From Ruditapes philippinarum (lineage: Eukaryota), in contig NW_026863863.1 of assembly GCF_026571515.1 (NCBI RefSeq), positions 1 to 64,000 on the forward strand: DNA of 64,000 nt, written 5' to 3'. Below, piece after piece: positions 53,683-64,000 of this stretch. The position numbers and the translations under genes are program-made. The stretch's first letter is position 1, and every line of letters begins with the position of its first letter. The notes under the pieces were generated by a model. That model made no database searches, was not told where the DNA came from, and worked only from the letters and a program-made list of their open reading frames with translations.

Positions 53683-54239
53683 AATCAATATTTTTACTTA
53701 CCTCTGGTGATTCTCTACGTTTTTTAGAGACTCAAAACCCGATTATATCCGGTGTACGGTGTATAGTTAGTAGCACTCAGGGGTGTCACGGCTAGCAAAA
53801 CTACTTACTGTTTAAACGGTTAACCGGTTGTACATAAATAATGCTTAGACTTGATAAGTTACTAACCTTGGTTGCCAGATATTGAAATATTTCTAACCGG
53901 GTTTTGGCCCAAAACCGACCGAACCTTTTAAACGAATAAACGTCAGACCTCTACAGAAGTATCACAGCAGAATAATCGTTAATTCTTACACTCCTCGTGA
54001 TTTTGTGACTGTACAAAGAAGAAAAAAGCCGGTGTTAAACTGCCAATAAACACTGGCTAGGGACTACATGTATATGCGTCTTTTATTTTTTCTCCCTGTA
54101 TATTATAGTTAACAAATTCTTGTAACACAACAATAATAAGACAATTTCATTGACATTTTCCGTTATTACAATGTTTTACAACGAAGTTAATACCATTATG
54201 TCTAGGTAAGACTTATTAACACACTTTGATCTCATATTC

Positions 54240-54545
54240 ACAGTGGATATGAACTGTGTTTCATCGAAACTTTTCAGTTATAACGCAAATCGTGCATGGG
54301 CGATTGACTATGAACAGGTGCCTAAATTATGGACTTACAAAGCACTTAAGACTCGATTTACACGTGATTGCTATTTGAAAGAAATGAATGCTAAATCTAT
54401 GCACAGTTTCTATGTAGTATTAGTCTGTCAGATAAGTCGGCGAAGCGCCAAATGGAATACTCTACTTTATGCCAATCAGTATTTTTTTGACGATGAAACT
54501 CATTTGTTAATTGTGTGTCCGGTATACATATGTATAACGACATAA
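54240..54545 (+). mobile_element. LINE ORF2 C-terminal remnant
   Basis: Translation retains PKLWTYKALK and DDETHLLIVCPVY, resembling the PKLRTY...EDExHFLLxCPxY tail of CR1/L2-type ORF2. Confidence 0.6.
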
Positions 54546-55088
54546 GATCAATGACGTTTAATGACAAACGATGTATATAACAACATGACAAACACGGGCA
54601 AATTAGTATTTCTTATTAATATAATCACCAGAACAAAATAATAAAATTTCTTGTCCAGGAGAGGTCTGTTTTATAATTGGTAATTGACGTTTGAGATGAC
54701 AATAGTAAAACATGATCATATATTGACCGTCCATTTTCTGTAATGTGATACTGCAATTAACAGATCGAGCAGCAACTTTGATCTCAATTAAATGTTCCTA
54801 TGTATTGTTCACATTTTATATATTTGTTCATTCATAATAAGGTGACTTATATGTCCAATGGGCGAGTGTTTTATATGTATTATTATCATGTATTTATATT
54901 TGATATATACACAATGTCAATATAATCAACAATTTCCATACTTACTGATTACTCACTTGCTTACTTACGGGTAGATAGATCAACACATATATGTCTATAT
55001 CAATATCACATATTAGTTTTTTCACATTCCTTAGAGTTTTTTAAATGAAATGCTATAAACATATTGATCAGTTAAGAATAGTTAAGTA

Positions 55089-56391
55089 TCATATTTCGCA
55101 AAAATTTGAGTTAAATATCTCTAGATAAGGCTTCTTTGATCCAAAGACCAAAAGGCGGCTGTTTTCATTGTCAATGGCAATTGCCTGTGGTGTTGAAATA
55201 TTGTCATCCTTGTTTAGAATTTCACCCAAGAACTCTCCATTTTTACTAACAACCACAATGTTGTCTGAGCCGCGTCCAGAAATTAAAAGATTCCCGTTTG
55301 TGGTAAGACAAATTCCCCACGGGAAAGTAAATCTTGTGGTCTTTAAAATCCATTTCCAGACACCATCAAAATCTAAACAGACGACACTATTTTTTTGACA
55401 ATCCGTGACAAAGATGTTGTTGGTGTTTACAGTCAAACTTCTCGGAGCACAGAAACGGTTACCATTTGATTTCATCTCAAATTTTGTAAGATGATTTCCC
55501 TCTATATCAAATATATTAATTTGTCCAGGCTCTTCTTTGAGAAAACCACCACCAGCCATATATAAATTATTCTCGAAAAAGGCAATACCACGACAATGAA
55601 ATTTCGCAGAGAAACTACTTTTAAACACTGGATTCTTGGTAAATTCTACCATTTCAACTGTCATTAAAGAAGGCATAGTAAATGCTATCATATGTTTGTC
55701 TATGGCACATACCCCCCAAATAAGACATCTTGTGTCATAGGTCATATCCTCATTTAGGTCATTATCCAATAATTTGATTTTTCGTCCATGATAATCTGCT
55801 ATACAAACATAACCACCTTCTAATACACACATATTTGGGATATCGAATTCGGTGTCAGTGCTAGATACTTTTATAGCACCGAAGCTACACTGATCTGTCA
55901 GAAAGGAAGAAAGAGTTTTCACAACTTTGTCAACGTATTTGTTATCATGTGTCATTTTGCAATCATCATTGTTACTTTGAATTTCTCTTAAAGCACGCTT
56001 GCAATGTAAGGCTTTCTTATACTCCAGCATTGCATTGTTTTCATTTATTAAGTCTTCTGAGAGAATACTGAGTTTTAACAGTTCTTCTTTCGCTGCCTCC
56101 GTAAGTTTTTGTGTACTGCAAATATGTGGTTCGAGTGAATTTTCAATATCCTCCTCAGCTTCAGTCACAGCAGTTTCGATCAATTCAGTTATTGATTCTT
56201 TGAATACTTTTAGTCGCCTTATGTTTGTCTTCTTTCTCATTCTGAGCTGGGCGCCATGAATAGCATGTTTTTCATACGAGAGTTTTAACGTTTTCATTCT
56301 ACTTTTTAAATCTTCATCTAAAATTTCAAGTCCTCCCTCCTCTTTAAATGTACTTGCGACGTCCGGTAAATAACCGATATCTTGACATGAT
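55089..56391 (-). CDS. TRIM-like B-box/CC/NHL gene, copy B4, exon 2 (join 58323..58016,56391..55089; 536 aa)
   Basis: Acceptor cttattacag|ATCATGTCAA, in frame with ORF 55089-56297. Closest paralog of B2. Confidence 0.92.
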
Positions 56392-58015
56392 CTGTAATAA
56401 GATATATATGCTTAAGTTATTGTCAACCTTGGACATAATGTGGCGGGACAAACAACTAGAAATAAGCGCGCGCTGCGTTATATATTGGCCAAATTTGACG
56501 CCCATACAGCCATTTTGTCTTTTTGGTCGTTGTAAAATGGTACTATTATGCGTCTGGTAGAGGAGCATATAGTCACCATCTTGTCCGGATAATAATTTGA
56601 AAAGTATTTTAAGAATTTGATTAAAACTTCACACAGTGAAAAAGAGACGATCGAGAAGACGTGCAGTGTTTAAAATACATAAGTCTACTTTGCTCTGTTT
56701 TTGAATTAGCTTCATTAAGTTAAAATGCTTGTCCGGAGTATCATTTCTAGATTATAAATGGTATGTTAATGAAACTAGACACAAACTATAGAGAGAAGAA
56801 CGAGAGTACGCAGTTTCACATAACCATAACCTATAGCTTAGTTATTGAATTATGTCCCTTTAAAAATTATAATACTTAATGATGATTAACCGGAGAAAAG
56901 CTTGAAAAAGTATTGAAGGATTTTGATTAGGACTTTACAAAGTAATTGATACATGCAGTGTTAATGAACCTTAATTCTAATTTGCTTGTTATTTTAAGCA
57001 TCTCCTTTTATGATATTTACAAATGCTTGCCCGAAGAATAGTGAAGGAATTTGATAACAACTTCACACAGTGATAGAGATTAGTAAGAGGAAATACACTG
57101 CACCTAACCACCTTGTTATTTTCTTTTTAATTATTTCTTTTTAAAATACATTACTTGAACATTTGAATAATACTTGTCTGGACTAAAACATCTGTTAACA
57201 ATTATCAATTTAATTTTATTGAAATGTCACACAGTTATAGAGACTATTCAGAGTAAGTGCAGTGTTATGGAACAATAACTCTACATAACTTTGTTTTTCA
57301 CTTATGTGAAAATATGAAAATTGGCCTACTTTCACTTTGGGCTCTCATAGTGAAAATCAAACATGCAGGCTGACTTTGCGGATCACCTTAAAGTAGGACA
57401 AAGTCAGTTATCTCTTGACAAAAGATTAAGGTTTTAACGTTATCCCCAATTTTCATATATAGACAAAGCTCACAATGATAAAAGAAAAAAACATTCCAAA
57501 GGCTATGCATTAAGTACTAATATATACCGTTAGTTATGTAAAACTAAAATTTCAATAAAAAAGAATATTTATATCGAACGTGCTAAATGTATAAAGACGG
57601 AGTACATTGTATTGTTAGGTTTATGCACATTTCATGAATGGCAAAATCCAGTTTGAAGAATGGTGTAGTGCAAACAGATGCAGACTAATGTTTTTAAATT
57701 ATTTACATTAAAACTATATTGTTTTCATTAACTTATGGCCGATTCTCGAAAGGGTTGAAACATAAAATGTCTACGTCAATTTACACACATGGACATTAAA
57801 CATAACAATATGTTACAGAACAAAATATTACAATGCTATCTTACGTAGGATTTTATCCATTTAGCAGTGATTTCAGGTAGTTGCCATTCGCTTTTGATTA
57901 TATAATTTGATACCATATTCTTTTATACAAGCATTTTCAAAGTATTTTTGTTATGAAATTTAAACAATAATTTTGCAGTAGATATTAAGTTTTATAATCT
58001 TTAAATGTGACTTAC

Positions 58016-58323
58016 TTGTGGTCTTTTGCTAGGCAAACACGACAGCAGACGACATCGTGATCACCACAGACCATATCCTCCTCCTTGTCAGTGTGCAAGT
58101 CACATTTACTTAAACATGTCGGTACAGACTCTTTTGAAACTTCCTCACATTTAACTAGTGTATGTCCTTTAGTTAAACCAAATTTCTCATGATGGGCCAA
58201 ACATGTTGAGCAGAAGTACTCGCCACATTCAACACAAAATCTTTTGGCTTCCACAAACCTTTCCTGTTGAGTACAAGGCGTACAATTGTAATCATAAGCT
58301 TCCTCGGACGAACACGTCGCCAT
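58016..58323 (-). CDS. TRIM-like gene copy B4, exon 1 (B-box1 + B-box2)
   Basis: aaaATGgcg start, two B-boxes, donor CACAA|gtaagt (phase 2). Has a 4-aa N-terminal deletion relative to B2 and A3. Confidence 0.92.
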
Positions 58324-58466
58324 TTTGTATTTAACATAGTATTGCGAAATAATACATAATATTAACCGTAGATAAAAGCGGTCTATTGATTTTATTACAC
58401 GCGTTTTATGGCACGCCACATTTGTTTACATGTAGATTCTATACAAGATATTTCATAGAGATAACA

Positions 58467-58565
58467 CAATCTCATTAAAATCATATCCTAACTGTCGCTT
58501 CACTACCCTACGCTCGTAGCGGAGAGTAACGGAGCAAAAACGATGATCTGATTTTAATGAGATTG
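58467..58565. mobile_element. 99-bp micro-MITE with perfect 17-bp TIR and 10-bp TSD (Mutator-like)
   Basis: TIR caatctcattaaaatca / tgattttaatgagattg. agagataaca is duplicated at 58457-58466 and 58566-58575. Absent from the B2 upstream region. Confidence 0.75.
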
Positions 58566-59009
58566 AGAGATAACACAAACGGTTTTCGTTTGACAAGTAA
58601 AATATTTGTTGTAATCTTTAAATGGCATAGTATGGAAGCCCTGGAGGGACATTTTAAATAAATATTTAAATCTTAAAACTTATTATTAAACTTTAATTCT
58701 TAATATTTAAAATTAAATTTTTAATATTTAATAATTAAATCATATCATTAAAAATGGACGCGGAAAACCATTCCGTTGACGCCACAAGTAGCGGCAGCGA
58801 AAATACGAGTAGCGAAGGAAGTAAAGTAAGTTGAACTTTATATACAAGAAAAACTGTTTTAATCACACTAGGACACGCACACGCACTTAATTTCATGGTG
58901 AGGACTGTCTTGGGCGGGTTTATTTATTTATTTATTCATTGCAAAAGACAATCCGTCCCAGATGGAAGGGGTTAACGGCCAGAATTGGGCTGAGGGGAAT
59001 ATAAAATAA

Positions 59010-59888
59010 CTTGGTACATTTGTTCACCGCCATGACAAGGTGTGTCGCACGTTAGACACATGCTCAAAGGTCAAGGTTACATTTAGCAGTCTTTTTATCT
59101 CAACTATACGAAGTATATGGAGAGCTGTCCTACTCGCCCCGGCGTCGGCGTCCGCTAAAATATTTTTCACTATAACTTTTTCATTTCTTAAAATATTAGC
59201 TTCAAACTTCAAAAATATGTTCCTTATCATCAACCACATCTTATATCTCAAGGTTTATAACTGTAGCACCAATATTTTCAGATTTATCTCCCCTTGAACT
59301 TAGCAATTTTCCTTACAAAATAATAATTTTTACTGTTACTTCTTTTTTCTATTAAGGGATCAACTTCATACTTCAAAAACATGTTCCTTATAATTAACCA
59401 CATGTTTTGTGACAAGGTTCATAACTCTAGCACCAATATTGCAAGAATTATCTCCCAATAAACTTAGCTTTTTAATGAAAAATGTTATTTTTTACTATAA
59501 CTTCTTTAGTTTTAAAGATATCTACAACTTTTTTCTTATCATCAATTACATCTTATGTGACAAGGTTTATAACTCTTGAAGCAATTTTCAGATTTATCTC
59601 TAACTTAGGATTTTCTTTAAGAAATATTATAACTTCTTTATTTTTAAGGGATCAACTTCAAACTTCAAATATATATTTCTTATCATTACACACATGTTGT
59701 GTGACAAGGTTCATAAATCTAGCATGACTTTTTCCAGAATTATTCCCCCTTGAACTTGGAATTTATGTTAACAAATGTTATTTTTTTACTATAACTTAAT
59801 ACATAATTATAAAAAAATATTTTTCTTCTTTACTGCGTCTAGTATTTTATTAGTCGAGCTTTGCTGTCTCCTGTGACAGCTCTTGTTT
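59010..59888 (-). mobile_element. pearl/HINE-like element with degenerate tandem repeats
   Basis: Repeated gtgacaaggttcataactctagca units. Ends gctgtctcctgtgacagctcttgtt (reverse complement begins aacaagag, as at 46921). Confidence 0.65.
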
Positions 59889-60595
59889 ATACCTACATTG
59901 ACTAGTCCATTTTTGATGAACAGATCACAGCGTCTGCTACAAAATAAACATTACAATCAAGCAGGCTGGACATGCTGCCCTTTGGGGATTTAGGTACTGT
60001 AAATCTTAAATGAAAAGCCTTGATTTTAAGACGAGTGCTTTTAGGCTATCATCATCCTACCTGGTATGATCATTGATTTGCATTGAAGATTTTCATTACA
60101 AGACTTATAGGTTGTAATAGTGTGCTTTTAAATGCCTGCAGTTTGCCAAAAACCTTGCCAACAGGTTGGTAAACAAAACGTTAAGATGTAGATAAAGGGG
60201 AACTCCGTACATCCTAGATTATATTCTCGAAACATAAAGTCTTGCTCAATGAAAAGTAAAATGATAAATAAATACAATGTCAAAAAGAATCTACGCTGAA
60301 CGAAACCTCATTTTACCACAATTTATCAATTTTAGAGGCGTTCTGAAATAAATTCCTTAAACCATTAATTGTACAGCAACAACTCTACATAGATTATAAA
60401 CATATTTTAACAGCTGATTTTATCGATAATGATTGGGAATGTATAGCTTAAACTTTTAATTTAAGTTATAATATTTTCAAAGATTCTATTATTTATGTTT
60501 TGGAGGTTGTTTAGTTTGATATCAGTTATAGAGTATGTCTCCTAGGCCAAAATTGTATGAAATTGGTTGTTAATAAAAGTTCTTATATATTTTAG

Positions 60596-61288
60596 GCAAC
60601 TGCTGTGGACAAAGCAGTGCATATAAAATGAAAATGGGATGGCAGAACTACCGGGATGGAAAGTACAGAGTTGATACTGAAGCAAAGGGTGGATAAGCAC
60701 GCGTGATGTATTACACATTTGGTGAAAGTCTGGCAGTAGAAAGAATAAAATATCAAGCGCTAAGTAACTATTTCCGGACGGAGAAAGTAACGCTGGACAG
60801 TGTCGAGGACTACGAACTTGTCATTGGCTTCAGTATCAGGACAAGTGATTGTCAGTTATACTGATGTAGACCACAAAATCTCATGCAGTTTTACAGAGTA
60901 TTTAAGAGCTAACAGTTTGTATGCCGTCACAGTGCCCATATATACCTGAGATAAAAAAGGAGAACAAAAGTTTCATGATAAATGGAGTCACTGTAGAAAA
61001 GGGCGACAGAACTATAACATAAAGTACAGCAAAATTAAGCACTCATTATATTCTGAAGAACAATCTGAAGTATTTGCAATTAATATTACGGTAGCTTTAA
61101 TGCGTCTGGGAGTCCAGAAAAAGATAATTCATGAAAGTGATCCGTTTGAAAATGGGTATGTGGTTTCTAGAACAGAAGTACAGAACACAGTCTTCCTAGA
61201 AAGAGATGGAAACGTTTATAATTGTTCAGAAGTTTCATCGCAGCAACATTTTGTATTGAATGGGCCATATCAAATATTCAGTTTTTAA
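60596..61288 (+). pseudogene. Degenerate coding remnant of unknown gene or transposon cargo
   Basis: Follows acceptor-like atatattttag. Reads MKMGWQNYRDGKYRVDTEAKGG*ARV...ALSNYF/PDGESNAG/VEDYELVIG with stops and frameshifts, ending in ORF 61100-61288. Confidence 0.4.
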
Positions 61289-62472
61289 GTTGATGATAAT
61301 TGTTTGGTTCTTATAAATTATAATTACATTCATTTAAAAATGGTTGATAAACGGACATTTATTTTGTAGTGGTATCAATCGTTGTTCTGTTTCCATGTGA
61401 AATTGTACACAACTGACATATATGCTGTAGCCCTGTGATAATTATAAACATACAAACTAATTGACAATTATAGGTGATGTAATTATTACAAATAATGTTT
61501 GCTTCTTAAACACTTTTATCAATGTAAAGGGTTAGTTTTTTTGTACCTGCCAAATGCTCAAACCACATTTGTGGCATATGTTTATTTTAAGTGACAGTTC
61601 TTGTTTTATTTAGTAGAAAAATAATCATTTTGTTGAGTTTGGCTAGTTGAGCCTTCAGTTCTCACCCACATGGCAAAACTTGCTATGGTTTTAACTTTTG
61701 AAAGTATACCCTTTTATTTTTATGTTGTATGCTGTAGAAAGTTACCCCAAATTGTTATCAATTGGAAATTTGATTTTGTACTTTGATAAGTCACTGTAAT
61801 AAAAGAGTAAAAGTTGTTACACTGACTTTGCTGCCTTATTTTTAATCGGACTGTAATTATACTTTTTAACAAACAACTATAACCTATCTATACGCCATCA
61901 GTAAGGGAAACAAATATTATCATCCATACTTTTCTTGCTGTCATTTGTCTTAAAGTAGCAGTGCATAACTGAATGGTTAACCTGCTGACTGCACTGTAAA
62001 ATCAGTGAAAATGCTTAATGCTCAGGAAAAACATTAGGAACATTTTCCATTTGATGGAAACAGTTATTTTGCGTAACTTTGGCAACAGTAGCATAAGGGA
62101 TGATACCAAAGATGTCAAAGTACTGTACTACTATTTTTATCACGGAACATGTGACCAGATAGCAATTTCTTGTAACCAACTGTTTTTTAAAAAAAATCGA
62201 AAATGATGGGGTTTCTCGTCATTGTTAATTTCAGCCATTTTAGCTCACGAGAGTTAGATTTTTTTACAATAAACTCAAAATAAACAAAATATAGATGGTT
62301 TAAAGCTTGTCACAGACTTAGTGGATCAAACTATAGTTTACAAACGTTTGTTGGCCAGTTTATTTTAAAACAACATTTTAGATGCATAACTATTTGCATT
62401 GAAAGCTGTTCAGAAATGAATAGAGCTCTGTGTTTAATTCAATAAAGAGAAAATCTGATATATCTTGATTCC

Positions 62473-62900
62473 TTTTTAGCTCAGCTTAAAGGTGAGCTAC
62501 TGCCATTGCCCACTGTGTGTCGTCTGTCGCTGTGCTTCTCAACATTTCCCTTGCGAACACAATACAGGCCACATTTTGTATCCCATCTTCATCAACATTG
62601 TTCAAATTGTTTATCTAATTGATTTTCTAGGTCAATTTTTAATCTCATAAACTAGGTCACCAGTTTAAATCAAGGAAAAATATGTAGAACACTTTAAATG
62701 ATGCATTTCAACTTGAACAACTTAAAAGTTTATGAGAATATTTGTCTGGATAATCTTTAGGTCGAGTTTGAATCGGAGACATATGGGGCAAAAACAGGTC
62801 AAATCAAAGAAAAACATTTTGAACACTGCATGTTTTTTTTCAGTTGGAACAACTTGTAACTTTATCATAGGTCATATATGTAGGTCAAAGTTGAAACTTT
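62473..62900 (-). mobile_element. Degenerate HINE-like repeat remnant
   Basis: ttttagctcagcttaaaggtgagcta terminal hairpin, gtcgtctgtc tract, and aactaggtca/ggtcaaatc core motifs. Confidence 0.5.
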
Positions 62901-64000
62901 GTCTTTTGGCGTTAAAAAGCGCTAAAATTTGATCCCTTCTGGAGAGCATTTGGCAAATTTTTAGTACTGCCTACGAAAAGCTCATAATTATGGTTTATTT
63001 TCTAATTTCCTACATACGATTTACTTACATTTCTAGCAATGTTTATTCTAAGTCAGATTTGTCATGCAATCATCAATGTAGAATCAGAATGTTTCAAGAG
63101 AGGTCTCGTGTTTAAGTTCTTTTATTATTTTTTCCGTTTGATTTATGACCTGTTCTAACAATAAGTAAAGCGAACTCGAGATCAGCCTAGAAATTTTAAC
63201 TAGCAGTTAAACATAAAAAGCACATACTTCGGAAAACTATGAACATCAATGTTTAAAAGGTCTATATATTATTATCTAATGTTCAATCATCTGGATTTGT
63301 TTCATTTTCAATATCCTACAAATCAACAATAACACCATAATCAGTAGAACCTGATAGTTCTAGTACATTTAAAACATTATATTTCAGGTCTTCCAATTCA
63401 AGTGCACATGTCTACATGTTTCTGTGGTCGCACATTGTGTAAATTCCAGTGAACACAATGTGATAAAGTCCCGCTTGAAGAACATCCGCTAAATAAAATC
63501 GCAAGCATTTTCCATGAATAGGTTTTGACGTATGAATTCGTCCACGACCTCTCAAATCCTTCAACGTATTCATCCACCTTGGTACCATAAGCCGTCCCCG
63601 CTAAACTGCAATTCTTTTCCTACTTCTTTTGGAGTATACATGGCACGGTGACGCCCGTAATAATTACAACGAAGTATCCTCTTTAACTGACGGAGACCAA
63701 GACGTATGTTGTAGTAAAACAATGTGTGCGTACTTGAAGTCAGCATGAAAGTACTGCGTAATCACTTCTAACCTGGTGCTTCCGTTTCCAGATGGCAATA
63801 GGGATGACACATCTGTTGACACAGGAGTCACTTTCTATAAAATGATAAAGGCAAACAGCAACGGAATCTCCATGTTTACGACCTTAAAAGAAATATAAAT
63901 AAATGAAATATAGCGTTATAAAAACAAAGGTCTGGGGCTGTAAACATGTAATATTGTTATCCACCACCAACAACTAAACATTATCGTTAAATAAACTAAA

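Overview
AT-rich eukaryotic genomic DNA with spliceosomal GT-AG introns, LINEs, SINEs and MITEs. The gene and repeat types suggest a bivalve mollusc (inference). The window holds a putative innate-immunity gene cluster. (i) One intact Toll-like receptor with a single-exon CDS (14409-16985, +) whose TIR domain has a short in-frame deletion. (ii) A tandem family of RING-less, two-exon TRIM-like genes: exon 1 encodes two B-boxes, exon 2 encodes a coiled coil plus an NHL/beta-propeller. There are three complete copies on the minus strand (B2 36087-32833, A3 44287-38860, B4 58323-55089), one exon 2 on the plus strand with no exon 1 in the window (A1, 3388-4699), and one internally deleted pseudo-exon 2 (49472-49984). 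All exon1/exon2 junctions are phase 2. The B-box exons are nearly identical between copies while the propeller exons are highly diverged. The rest is decayed LINEs, tRNA-derived SINEs, TTAA/TTA-flanked MITEs, hairpin-ended non-autonomous elements, pearl/HINE-like satellite-bearing elements and two degenerate coding remnants near the right end. All identities were counted by eye; no database searches were run.
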